A DNA stretch of 64,000 nucleotides. Source: Gemmatimonadota bacterium. Lineage in GTDB: Bacteria; Gemmatimonadota; Gemmatimonadetes; Gemmatimonadales; GWC2-71-9. Of the stretch, positions 19,365 through 29,070 are shown piece by piece. The DNA is taken from NCBI GenBank assembly GCA_039588295.1, contig JBDHAB010000002.1, forward strand, positions 96,001 through 160,000, in the 5' to 3' direction. Position numbers and translations under genes: made by a program. Every line of letters begins with the position of its first letter. Within the stretch, counting starts at the first letter, position 1. The notes under the pieces are model-generated. The model saw nothing but the letters and a program-made list of their open reading frames with translations, did not search any database and was not told the DNA's origin.

Positions 19365-21683
19365 CTAGTGCGGCCGACGCGTCGCGCCACCCTTCACGCG
19401 CCCTAACACGGCGCTGAGCCGAGCCGACAACGCGCGGGCCCGGAACGGCTTCGAGAGAAAATCGTCCGCTCCCATCTCGAACACCCGTACCTCACTGTCC
19501 TCGTCACCATGCGCGGTCAACACGACGACCGGGATCTCCGCCGTCGCCGGCCGCGATCGCAGATGGGTGAGCACACCGTAGCCGTCGAGACCCGGCAGGT
19601 TGAGATCGAGCACAACGATATCGGGCGCATGCCGATCCACCTGGTCGAGCGCTTCCACCCCATCCGCCGCCTCGGTCACCACGTACCCGTCCCGCTCGAG
19701 GAGATCTCGCATGACGCGACGGAGTTGATCCTCGTCGTCGACCAGGAGCACTTTCGCTCCCGGGACGCGCCGCGCAGGCTCTTCCGGTTCGAGCGCCTCG
19801 AGCAATTCGAACTCAGCAACGATGGGTGCATCCGGGGGCCGCTCCGATGGCGCCTTGGGGGCGGGGGCTGGTGCATCGACCACCAAGGCCTTCTGCTCAC
19901 CCGAAGACCCACGGCGCCGGCCCGCTGAAGTGCGCTTCCGAGTCTCCGGCTCGCCGTCACCGAGCTCGTCCTCCTGAGGCACATCGACGACCCGAAGCAG
20001 CTCGTCGATCGTCGACTCACCCCGCACCACATGGTAGAGCCCACTCTCCCACAACGTCCGCATTCCACCACGCCGCGCTGCGTCGGCAATCCGGTCGGCG
20101 GTCTGGTTTGCGCCGATCATGCGCTCCACCTCGGGCGTCACCCGCAGGATCTCCACAATCGAGAACCGGCCCCGATAGCCGGTCATCGCACACTCGGGGC
20201 AGCCCACGGCTCGATACAGTGGCGTATCGGGCGGGATCCACTCGTGGAGCTTCTTCGGAATCGCCTCGACCCACACCTCCTTACAGGTCGGACACAGACG
20301 ACGCATGAGCCGCTGCGCCACGACGCCGCGCACCGCCGTCGCGATCTTGTACGATTCCATGCCGATGTCCACGAGACGCGTGACCGCGTTCGGGGCATCG
20401 TTGGTGTGCAGGGTCGAGAGCACCAAGTGGCCGGTGAGTGAGGCCTGTACCGCAATCTGGGCGGTTTCCTTGTCGCGAATCTCTCCGACGAGCACCACAT
20501 CGGGGTCTTGTCGCAAGATGGACCGCAGGGCGGACGCGAAGGTCAACCCGGCCTTCTCATGGACCTGGACCTGTACGATACCCTGAAGCCGATATTCAAC
20601 CGGATCTTCCACGGTGACGATGTTGACGCCTTCACTCTGCACGTGCCGAATCGCGGAATAGAGCGTCGTCGTCTTTCCGGAACCCGTCGGCCCAGTCACC
20701 AAGATGATGCCATCGCGATTCTCCAGCAGCTCCCGGATCTGGCCGGCCTCGCCCGCGTTGAGGCCCAGCGCCTCTAGCGCGAGAACGGTGGCGGACGTGT
20801 CGAGCACCCGGATCACGACCTTCTCGCCGAGTGACGCGGGCAACGTGGACACGCGGAGGTCGACTGGCACGCCGTTCACGGCGACTCGGGATCGACCATC
20901 CTGCGGTCGGAGGCGGTCCGCGATGTCCATTCCGGAGATGATCTTGATGCGGGAAATCAGAGGGAGCCCCGCGGCCCGGGGAATCTTCATGACCTGCCGC
21001 AGCACCCCGTCGATACGGTACCGGACCGCTACACCGCCCTCCTCCGGCTCGATGTGAATGTCGCTCGAGCGGGCCGTGATGCCTTCGGAGAGAATCAAGT
21101 CGACAAGCCGCACAACCGGGCGCTGCGATGCCTCTTCAGCGGAGATCGTGAGATCTTCCGCTTCCTTCTCCTCCTCGAGCTGCTGGATATCGGCAGCCGA
21201 CTCCATGCCCTCCAGCAGCTGGTTGAGCACGTTGTCCGGCTTGTAGAGTTGATCGATCTTGTCTCGAATGGACCGTGGGCTGGCGAGCTGAATGCGGACC
21301 TCCCGACCGGTCGCGAACGAGAGTGTCTTCTCGCAATCGAGGTCGAACGGATTTGCGGTCGCGATCTCGAGCGTCGAGTCGGTCACGCCGATTGGCAGAA
21401 TCTCGTATCGCCGCGCCACCTGCTCCGGCACCACCTCGCGCGCCGGCTGGGTGCTTTGCGACAAGTCGGCCAGCTTCAGCCGGAATCTCGTGGTCAGGCT
21501 GCTGAGGAGCGCTTCGTCAGACGCCAACTCTTGGTCGACCACAGCGTCCCAGAGCGAGTCGTGTTCGGTGTCGCTCTCCCGAAGCGCCTCGACCCTGTCG
21601 GGGCCAAGGAGCTCTTCGATCGTCGGCTTCAGCCACTCGTCCTTGAACAGCTTAACGGCGCCACCTCCGCCCGGCTCGGGCAT
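19365..21683 (-). CDS. PilB/GspE-type secretion ATPase with C-terminal response-regulator receiver domain
   Basis: SDIHIEP, GPTGSGKTT, TVEDPVEY, LRQDPDVVLVGEIRD, TGHLVLSTLH, CxxC pairs; receiver VLLVDD..VLDLNLP..LTA..KPF. Confidence 0.92.
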   Translation of the reverse strand: MPEPGGGGAVKLFKDEWLKPTIEELLGPDRVEALRESDTEHDSLWDAVVDQELASDEALLSSLTTRFRLKLADLSQSTQPAREVVPEQVARRYEILPIGVTDSTLEIATANPFDLDCEKTLSFATGREVRIQLASPRSIRDKIDQLYKPDNVLNQLLEGMESAADIQQLEEEKEAEDLTISAEEASQRPVVRLVDLILSEGITARSSDIHIEPEEGGVAVRYRIDGVLRQVMKIPRAAGLPLISRIKIISGMDIADRLRPQDGRSRVAVNGVPVDLRVSTLPASLGEKVVIRVLDTSATVLALEALGLNAGEAGQIRELLENRDGIILVTGPTGSGKTTTLYSAIRHVQSEGVNIVTVEDPVEYRLQGIVQVQVHEKAGLTFASALRSILRQDPDVVLVGEIRDKETAQIAVQASLTGHLVLSTLHTNDAPNAVTRLVDIGMESYKIATAVRGVVAQRLMRRLCPTCKEVWVEAIPKKLHEWIPPDTPLYRAVGCPECAMTGYRGRFSIVEILRVTPEVERMIGANQTADRIADAARRGGMRTLWESGLYHVVRGESTIDELLRVVDVPQEDELGDGEPETRKRTSAGRRRGSSGEQKALVVDAPAPAPKAPSERPPDAPIVAEFELLEALEPEEPARRVPGAKVLLVDDEDQLRRVMRDLLERDGYVVTEAADGVEALDQVDRHAPDIVVLDLNLPGLDGYGVLTHLRSRPATAEIPVVVLTAHGDEDSEVRVFEMGADDFLSKPFRARALSARLSAVLGRVKGGATRRPH

Positions 21684-21834
21684 CGTGCGTTGCTGGCCAG
21701 ACTTTCAAGATAATCCCCCATGGACTCCACGCCACATCCGTGGCCTGCTGGCAGCTCCACCAACCGTGGGGCGCGCTAGTGCCCGGCCCAACCCGTTGCA
21801 GGAGCAAACGTTAGCGGTTGGAGTGCCCGGGACG

Positions 21835-23880
21835 CTACAAAATGTCCCAAAGATCCTGCGTGACGTCGATGACGATGGTCACATCACCGGTACGGAGACC
21901 CACACCCAACTCGGTGCGGAAGAACCGATGAAACCACTCGAGCCCGAGGCCGGCCACGGGACGGATCCCGTCACTTGGCACCCAGGGAACGCCATCGATT
22001 TGCCCACCACTCCAACCCACGCCGACGAATGGCGCAACGACAATGCGCCGCCCTGTCGACACAAACGGCCCGAGCGACACCTCGGGGAATGGCACCGGCA
22101 CTTGCCACTCGAGGAAACCCAATGCGGCGTAGCGTCCACCCCAGGCCCGGAACGGTTCTCCAACCAGCGTCCCCCGCCCACCCATCACGAACGAACGGTG
22201 GGGCGGGAGCTCCGGTGATCCCCATCCCGCCCAGCCGCGAGCCACGAGCGCCGTCTGGCCCAATGCCAGGTGGGCCCGCCCGATCCCACGCAGTCGCATG
22301 TAGCGGAGGTCGTCTCCGACTCCTCCCTCAATGGTCAACGAGCCGCTGAAGCCGCCTCGGAGCGCAAGCTCCGCACTCCGGCGTTCGAGGGTGAGGCGCG
22401 CGATTCCGACCGTCCCGACCCCCATAGCCGGATTGAGTCGGAACGTGTCGCTCGCGGGCGACGCCCGCACCGCCATGCTCTCGGTGTGCTCGATTCCGAT
22501 CTGGAGCCCGATCCCACCGCGAACACCAAAGTCCCGCTGCACCCCGAGCTGGAGCGAGTTCGAGAGCACGTAGTCCCCATAATCGTCGCCGAGCTCTTGG
22601 GCCAAGAGACTATTGAGCAGCGGTGAGATTGGAGGCTCATCGCTCACATCCACGGCATGCCGCTCGCCGGCCGCCTCGAGCGTCACGTTCCCGATCCGAT
22701 GTGCGACGTTGAGTCGACCCTTGAGGCGCTGATCGCTCACGCCGTACGAAATCCACGCTTTGATCTCGGTCGCGCCGCCACCCGGCCGGAACACCGATCC
22801 AATGCCCGCAGCCAGACCCTCAACCCGGTTGAAATGCAGCAGGTCGGATAGCGCGCCGACTCCGAGCCGCGCGCTCGCGAGTCCGGACAGCGCCGCGGAC
22901 CCCGCGGTCTCCGTGATACGACCCCGGACGTCCTCGAGGTCGAACGTCATCGCGGGACCTGCGACCTCCTCGATCGCGGCGTGCAGCGGGATGTCCCACG
23001 AGAACGTGTCCCGGACCGCTTGTGGCGTCGCCACGATCTCCGGCCCCCGGAACAGTCCGTCACCGAGCCCGACGTTGAACTGGTAGTCGTCGATCTCCCA
23101 GCGACCACGAATGATGCCGCGGGCGGGGAGGTCGAGCCATTTGGTGCGGCGGCGGATTTCCACCTCCTGCCTGCGTGGCAACCAATAGCGCTCGTTCCAC
23201 AGCCCGTTCTCGAGCACGATCGTGATGTCTTCGAGCGTGTCGTCGAGGTAGGCGCTGCGAGTGAAGCTGAACCGGAAGATCACGACCTCCGCGGTCTCGA
23301 CATCGAAGAACAGACTGCCGATCACACGCGGTACCGTGAAGTCCTTGGGTCGCACCAGCACTTCGTAGACCCGCACGGCGCGTTGTGGGAGCAGAATGGA
23401 GAGCGAATCGACGAGCGCGTAGTCGTACAGCTCCGGTCCCTCGGGTGCGAGAGGATGGAGGACATCCCGCACCTCGTCTCCCTCACCAAGCCGGATGCGG
23501 TCGCTGAAGTTGTTCTGGACGATCCCGAGGTGGTCGCGATGGTACTGAATATCGGTCGGCAGGTCGGCACGATCCCGCCAGCCGACGATCCGCTGCTTGC
23601 TCAGATTCGGAGCCTTCCAGTAGACTTCCAACACGAGCTCATCCGACTTGATGAGCCGCGGCGGCTCCCGGAGCCCCTCGGCAAGCTGCCCCAGAAAGAA
23701 GACGAACCCATGTGCCCGTACCCGAAAATCCTCGAGCGTGCTGTCCGCCTGCCGGACCGACCGACGCGCAATGCCCCGCGCGACGAGCGCCTCAGCGACT
23801 TCGTCGTTCCACGATTGGGCCACCGCGCCGACGGGACGCAGCGCAACCACCACGGCGATCAGGACGGATGCACGCAGCAT
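21835..23880 (-). CDS. Putative outer membrane beta-barrel protein
   Basis: Signal peptide AVA|Q; FNRVEG motif; C-terminal amphipathic beta strands. Confidence 0.65.
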   Translation of the reverse strand: MLRASVLIAVVVALRPVGAVAQSWNDEVAEALVARGIARRSVRQADSTLEDFRVRAHGFVFFLGQLAEGLREPPRLIKSDELVLEVYWKAPNLSKQRIVGWRDRADLPTDIQYHRDHLGIVQNNFSDRIRLGEGDEVRDVLHPLAPEGPELYDYALVDSLSILLPQRAVRVYEVLVRPKDFTVPRVIGSLFFDVETAEVVIFRFSFTRSAYLDDTLEDITIVLENGLWNERYWLPRRQEVEIRRRTKWLDLPARGIIRGRWEIDDYQFNVGLGDGLFRGPEIVATPQAVRDTFSWDIPLHAAIEEVAGPAMTFDLEDVRGRITETAGSAALSGLASARLGVGALSDLLHFNRVEGLAAGIGSVFRPGGGATEIKAWISYGVSDQRLKGRLNVAHRIGNVTLEAAGERHAVDVSDEPPISPLLNSLLAQELGDDYGDYVLSNSLQLGVQRDFGVRGGIGLQIGIEHTESMAVRASPASDTFRLNPAMGVGTVGIARLTLERRSAELALRGGFSGSLTIEGGVGDDLRYMRLRGIGRAHLALGQTALVARGWAGWGSPELPPHRSFVMGGRGTLVGEPFRAWGGRYAALGFLEWQVPVPFPEVSLGPFVSTGRRIVVAPFVGVGWSGGQIDGVPWVPSDGIRPVAGLGLEWFHRFFRTELGVGLRTGDVTIVIDVTQDLWDIL

Positions 23881-23904
23881 GGATCCGGAATATCACGGAG
23901 GCTG

Positions 23905-24486
23905 GTGTGGGCGGCAACGGGCCTGGCGATCGCGAGCGTCATTGCGTGCGGTGACCTGGACCTGAACGGCGACGTTACGCTCAGCACGGACCAGCTACTC
24001 GTGCTCCCCTCCCAAGCCGGAGCCCCGGCAGTACCCTTAGCCAGCTTTAGCGTCCCGAACCCCGATATCGTCGTGCGTCGACTCGAGCACCTCGATCCGT
24101 TCAACACCCTCTACATGGAGATCCGCTTCCCGGAAGGCTCGCTCGCCAGCCTGAACGGCCAACCCCTCACAGCGACGGATACCGTCACGATCACGATCGA
24201 GCCACGCGCTGGAGGATACGGTATGACCGTCTCGCCCCGAGGCGTCGCGTTCGCATCCGGTGCCACACCCAGCGTTACCTTCGCCTTTGCTCGGTACGGC
24301 GATCTGAGCGTCGCCAACGGCTCGCAGTACGCCACCCCAGTGGCGTATGCCGCCGCGTTGGCACTCTGGTTCGAGGTCACGCCGGGGCGGTGGCGGCGAG
24401 TGAGCGGTTCGGGCCCCGTCCCCACGGACGCCGTGGCGAGCCCGCTGCCGGAACCGGGAACCTACGTCATTGCCGCACCGCGCTAG
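23905..24486 (+). CDS. Hypothetical lipoprotein; start uncertain
   Basis: VIAC lipobox in the 3' part of long ORF 22981..24486. Confidence 0.6.
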   Translation: MWAATGLAIASVIACGDLDLNGDVTLSTDQLLVLPSQAGAPAVPLASFSVPNPDIVVRRLEHLDPFNTLYMEIRFPEGSLASLNGQPLTATDTVTITIEPRAGGYGMTVSPRGVAFASGATPSVTFAFARYGDLSVANGSQYATPVAYAAALALWFEVTPGRWRRVSGSGPVPTDAVASPLPEPGTYVIAAPR

Positions 24487-24559
24487 CCGTGACGCACTCC
24501 GCTTCATTCGCCAGGACCTCCGGCCGCCGATATATTCACGCTGTCGGGACTAGGACACC

Positions 24560-26176
24560 GTGAACGCGTTCAAGCTGCTGAGCACCGTCGGCGAACAGAC
24601 GATCGACCTCGCTGGATCCCGCACTCTCGTCGTGGGCCGTGCTGTCACCAGCGATGTTCCCATTTACGACCCCACCGTCTCCCGGCGCCACGCCGAGCTG
24701 TCTGTCACGCCGTCCGGTGTGAACGTACAGGATCTCGGCTCCAGCAACGGGACATTCGTCAACGGCACGCGCACGAGCGGCAGCGTTGTCACGGACGGAG
24801 ACGTCGTCACATTCGGCAAGGTGGCGTTTCGCGTGGTCTCGGTGACGCCTCCGCGGCCGCAGGAGGTGGTCTCGGAATCGGGTGGGTTCCCGGGGCCGCC
24901 ACCTCCGGAAGCGACCATCGTCCGGCAGGTGTCGGTCGAGGAGCCCGGCGTGTTGGACGAAAAAGTTGCCGCCCGCCCGAGCGGCGCATCCCAATTGAAG
25001 GTCGAGGGCGAGTCCGTCGATGAGCGCCAGGCACAGAAGCTGTCGCTCCTGCTGGACATCTCCAAAGAACTCTCCAAACAGCAGGACGTAGACAAGCTCC
25101 TCGAGAAGGTCGTAGACATCACGTTCAAGGTCATGGCCGTGGACCGTGTTTCCATCCTCATGCTCGAGGGCGGCTCCGGCGAGCTCGTGCCGCGTCTCTC
25201 CAAGAACCGCCTGGGCGACGGCGGCGGCGCCCGTGTTCCACGATCAATCGCGCGGCGGGCCGTCGACGAGCGTCTCGCCATCCTGACGGACAACGCGGCA
25301 GCCGACGCTCGGTTCAAGGGCAAGTCGATCGTCATGCAAAGCGTGCGGAGCGCCATGTGCACGCCGCTCATGGGCAGCGACGGGAAGGTGCTCGGCATTC
25401 TCTACGTCGACAATCTCACGGCGACGAACTCGTTCAACGACGAGGATCTCGAATTCCTCATCGCATTCTCGGGCATTGCCGCCGTGGCCATTGAAAACAG
25501 CCAACTCACCGACCGGATCCGGCGTGAGGCGGTGGTGCTATCCAACTTCCAGCGCTACTTCGCTCCCGACCTGGCCGAAGAGATCGCGAAACAGGTTGAA
25601 GAGGTCCAGCTCGGGGGGACAAAGCGACCGGTGGTCGTGTTCTTCAGCGACATCCGGGGATTCACGCCGATGTCGGAGAAGATGAGCCCGGACGAGATCG
25701 CCTCGTTGCTCACCGAGTACTTCACCGAGATGGTGGAAATCGTCTTCGAGAACGGTGGAACGCTCGACAAGTTCATGGGTGATGCGATCATGGCGCTCTG
25801 GGGCGCACCGATCACGTACGAGGATGACGCCGACCGCGCGATGCGGGCTGCGATCGAGCAGCAGCGCACCGTCGCCGCGCTCAATGAGAAATGGGCGACG
25901 GAGGGACGGCAGCATCAGGTGCAGATCGGGATTGGCATCAACTTCGGGGAGGTGTTCGCGGGCAACATCGGCAGCGATCGCCGGCTCGAATACACGGTGA
26001 TCGGTGACGCCGTCAACACTGCCGCCCGTCTCTGCTCGAAGGCTGGCGGAGGGGAGATCCTGGTCTCCGAACCGTTCTATCGGGAGCTCAAGAGCCCGCC
26101 GGAGGTCGAAGCGCTCGAGCCGCTGGACCTCAGGGGGAAGACTCAGGCCGTACCGGTGTACCGGTTGAAGCGATAG
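24560..26176 (+). CDS. FHA-GAF-class III adenylate cyclase
   Basis: FHA GR..VSRRHA..DLGSSNGT; GAF SAMCTPL..GILYVD; cyclase FSDIRGFT, DKFMGDA, YTVIGDAVNTAARL. Confidence 0.92.
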   Translation: MNAFKLLSTVGEQTIDLAGSRTLVVGRAVTSDVPIYDPTVSRRHAELSVTPSGVNVQDLGSSNGTFVNGTRTSGSVVTDGDVVTFGKVAFRVVSVTPPRPQEVVSESGGFPGPPPPEATIVRQVSVEEPGVLDEKVAARPSGASQLKVEGESVDERQAQKLSLLLDISKELSKQQDVDKLLEKVVDITFKVMAVDRVSILMLEGGSGELVPRLSKNRLGDGGGARVPRSIARRAVDERLAILTDNAAADARFKGKSIVMQSVRSAMCTPLMGSDGKVLGILYVDNLTATNSFNDEDLEFLIAFSGIAAVAIENSQLTDRIRREAVVLSNFQRYFAPDLAEEIAKQVEEVQLGGTKRPVVVFFSDIRGFTPMSEKMSPDEIASLLTEYFTEMVEIVFENGGTLDKFMGDAIMALWGAPITYEDDADRAMRAAIEQQRTVAALNEKWATEGRQHQVQIGIGINFGEVFAGNIGSDRRLEYTVIGDAVNTAARLCSKAGGGEILVSEPFYRELKSPPEVEALEPLDLRGKTQAVPVYRLKR

Positions 26177-26733
26177 GGCATCCCGACGCGGTCCAACAGC
26201 TCGATTACCAGCCGCAACGGCAGCCCCATCACTCCGAAGAAATCCCCGTCCACCCGCTCGACCAGCACGGCCCCGTATCCCTGCACGCCGTAGCTCCCGG
26301 CCTTGTCCAGCGGCTCCTTCGTGTCGACGTATGCCTCGATCACATCGGGCGTGAGCGGGCGGAACCAGACCCGCGTCACGTCACAGCGGGTGTCCAATTC
26401 TCCGTCCGGCCGCGCCAGCGCCACTGCGGTAATGACCCGGTGTTCGCGCCCCGACAGCCGCGCCAGCATCAGCGCGGCCTCCCGCGCATCCACCGGCTTC
26501 CCGAGCACGTCACCATCGAGCGTGACCACAGTATCCGCCGCCAGCACGGGAACACCCGGCCGTTGTTGCGCCACCGCGCGCGCTTTCTCCTGGGCCAGCC
26601 TCACGGCCATCGCCTCCGGCACCTCCCCGGGCAACGGCCGTTCCACCAGATCGGAGGGAAGCACCTCGTGCGGAATACCCAGCATCTCCAGCAAGTGCCG
26701 CCGCCTGGGCGAGCTCGAGGCGAGAACAATCAC
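26143..26733 (-). CDS. maf: Maf family nucleoside triphosphate pyrophosphatase
   Basis: [31 protein letters not shown]. Confidence 0.93.
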   Translation of the reverse strand: MIVLASSSPRRRHLLEMLGIPHEVLPSDLVERPLPGEVPEAMAVRLAQEKARAVAQQRPGVPVLAADTVVTLDGDVLGKPVDAREAALMLARLSGREHRVITAVALARPDGELDTRCDVTRVWFRPLTPDVIEAYVDTKEPLDKAGSYGVQGYGAVLVERVDGDFFGVMGLPLRLVIELLDRVGMPYRFNRYTGTA

Positions 26734-27167
26734 CGTTCGAGCACGAGCGTTACCGGTCCATCGTTGACGAGTGCGACATCCATCATCGCTCCGAACGTTC
26801 CCGTCGCCACCGGGATGCCCCGATTGCGGAACGCCGCGGCAAACGCGTCGTAAAGCGGCTCCGCAATTTCGGGGGCCGCCGCGTGCACGAAAGAGGGCCG
26901 GCGTCCCTTCCGCGCGTCACCGTAGAGGGTGAACTGGGAGACCACGAGGACCGCACCCCCTACGTCACGCAGGTCCAGATTCATCTTCCCAGCATCGTCG
27001 GCAAACAGCCGCAGTCCCGCGATCTTCTCCGCCATCCACTCCAGCTGCAGTTCGCCGTCGCCGGGTGTGAACCCTACGAGCAGCACGTATCCATGCTCCA
27101 CCGCACCAACACGGCGACCGCCGACGGACACGGATGCGCTCGAAACGCGCTGGACGACGACGCGCAC
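26730..27167 (-). CDS. dtd: D-aminoacyl-tRNA deacylase
   Basis: [19 protein letters not shown]. Confidence 0.96.
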   Translation of the reverse strand: MRVVVQRVSSASVSVGGRRVGAVEHGYVLLVGFTPGDGELQLEWMAEKIAGLRLFADDAGKMNLDLRDVGGAVLVVSQFTLYGDARKGRRPSFVHAAAPEIAEPLYDAFAAAFRNRGIPVATGTFGAMMDVALVNDGPVTLVLER

Positions 27168-27236
27168 AGATCTCAGCTCCAGCGAGGGCGACCGGCGGGT
27201 GAGATCATGGTCTCGCGCCGCGTGGCTGAGGGCCTG

Positions 27237-29063
27237 TCACTCGACGGTCACGGACTTCGCCAAATTCCGTGGTCGGTCGACGTCACAGCCACGCCGCACC
27301 GCCGCGTAATAGGCAAAGAGCTGTAGCGGCAGGACGCTCAACACCGGCGTAAGCGGAGCCATGGTCTCGGGGATGGGAATGTGATAGTCCGACAGCTCGG
27401 TGATGCGCTCGTCACCCTCGGTCACCACTGCAAGCACGTGACCACGACGTGCTTTTACCTCTTCCACATTGGAGAGGATCTTCTGATACACATTGCCCCG
27501 AGGCGCGATGCAGATCACGGGCATCATGTCGTCGATCAGGGCAATCGGACCGTGCTTCATCTCGGCCGCCGGATATCCCTCCGCATGGATGTATGAGATC
27601 TCCTTGAGCTTGAGCGCCCCTTCGAGCGCTACGGGGAAGTTGTACCCTCGTCCCAGATAGAGCGCGTTCTGCGCACGCATGAACGCCGCCGCAATCTGTT
27701 CGATCTCCGACGAGCGCGCCAAGACGTCGCTCACCTGGTCGGGCAACTGCTCCAGCGCTCGAATGAACGCCTGCCCCTGACGTTGGCTCAGCTCGCGCAG
27801 CCGGCCGAGCCGAAGGGTCAGCAAGGCAAGCGCCACGACTTGGCACGTAAACGCTTTGGTGCTCGCCACGCCGATCTCCGGACCCGCGTGAAGATAGATA
27901 CCGCCGTCGACTTCCCGTGCGATCGTGCTGCCGACGGCATTCACGATACCCAACGTTCGCGCGCCGCGTGCCTTCGCCTCCCGAAGCGCGGCGAGCGTGT
28001 CAGCGGTCTCGCCGCTTTGCGAGATACCGATCACGAGCGTCCGTTCGGTGAGCACGGGGTCGCGGTAGCGGAACTCCGAGGCGTACTCGACCTCGACCGG
28101 GAGACGGACCAACTCCTCCAGCATATACTCGCCAATGAGCGCCGCATGCCACGAGGTGCCACATCCGGTGAGCACGATCCGGTCGACGTGCCGAAGCTGG
28201 CGGTCGGGAATGTTGAGGCCGTCGAGCTTCGCCGTTCCTTCGCGCTCGATCAATCGCCCGCGCAGCGCGTTCCGGATGCTCTCGGGCTGCTCCATGATCT
28301 CCTTGAGCATGAAGTGGGCATACCCGCCGCGCTCGATCGTCTCGAGATCCCAGTCGATCGTGCTCACCAGCTTCTCAATCTGCGAATTGTCACGGTCCAG
28401 GATCTCGTAGCTGTCGGCCCGGACCACCGCGATCTCGTCGTCGTCGAGGTAGACGACATCACGGGTGTGCTCCAAAACGGCCGCCACGTCCGACGCAATG
28501 AGGTGCTCGTCCGTTCCCAGACCCAGGACCAGCGGCGAGCCGCGACGGGCCGCAACGAGCATCTCCGGTTCCGAGACCGAGAGCACGGCAATGCCGTACG
28601 CGCCATCGATCTGTTGGACCGCGGCACCCACCGCGTCCGACAATGAGCCATCCAACACTTCCTCGATGAGGTGCGCCAGGATCTCGGTGTCGGTGTCCGA
28701 CCGAAACGTGTGCCCCTGCTGTTCCAGCAATCCCCGGAGCACGCTGGCATTCTCGATCACCCCGTTGTGGACCACGGCGAGGGAGCCGGTGCAGTCGGTG
28801 TGGGGATGGGCATTGCGGTCATTCGGCGCACCGTGCGTGGCCCATCGGGTGTGCGCCAGCCCGATGGCACCGGGTGGGACGGTGTCGCCAAGTCGGTCCT
28901 GAAGATCGGCAATGCGTCCCGCAGCCTTCTGAACCAGGAGCTGCCCGTCGTGCACCGTGGCCAGCCCCGCCGAGTCATAGCCGCGGTATTCCAATCGCAG
29001 CAACCCGTCGAGCAGCAACGGCGCGGCGTCGCGGTGGCCAACGTAGCCTACGATACCACACAC
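27237..29063 (-). CDS. glmS: Glutamine-fructose-6-phosphate transaminase
   Basis: MCGIVG, HTRWATHG, SQSGETADT, PRNLAKSVTVE. Confidence 0.97.
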   Translation of the reverse strand: MCGIVGYVGHRDAAPLLLDGLLRLEYRGYDSAGLATVHDGQLLVQKAAGRIADLQDRLGDTVPPGAIGLAHTRWATHGAPNDRNAHPHTDCTGSLAVVHNGVIENASVLRGLLEQQGHTFRSDTDTEILAHLIEEVLDGSLSDAVGAAVQQIDGAYGIAVLSVSEPEMLVAARRGSPLVLGLGTDEHLIASDVAAVLEHTRDVVYLDDDEIAVVRADSYEILDRDNSQIEKLVSTIDWDLETIERGGYAHFMLKEIMEQPESIRNALRGRLIEREGTAKLDGLNIPDRQLRHVDRIVLTGCGTSWHAALIGEYMLEELVRLPVEVEYASEFRYRDPVLTERTLVIGISQSGETADTLAALREAKARGARTLGIVNAVGSTIAREVDGGIYLHAGPEIGVASTKAFTCQVVALALLTLRLGRLRELSQRQGQAFIRALEQLPDQVSDVLARSSEIEQIAAAFMRAQNALYLGRGYNFPVALEGALKLKEISYIHAEGYPAAEMKHGPIALIDDMMPVICIAPRGNVYQKILSNVEEVKARRGHVLAVVTEGDERITELSDYHIPIPETMAPLTPVLSVLPLQLFAYYAAVRRGCDVDRPRNLAKSVTVE

Positions 29064-29070
29064 GGGATCA

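Noticed and set aside
22981..23900. Long plus-strand ORF overlapping the beta-barrel gene
   Set aside because: Antisense shadow of a GC-rich gene; only the 3' lipoprotein part looks real
29064..29070. glmS ribozyme
   Set aside because: Only 7 nt separate glmM and glmS
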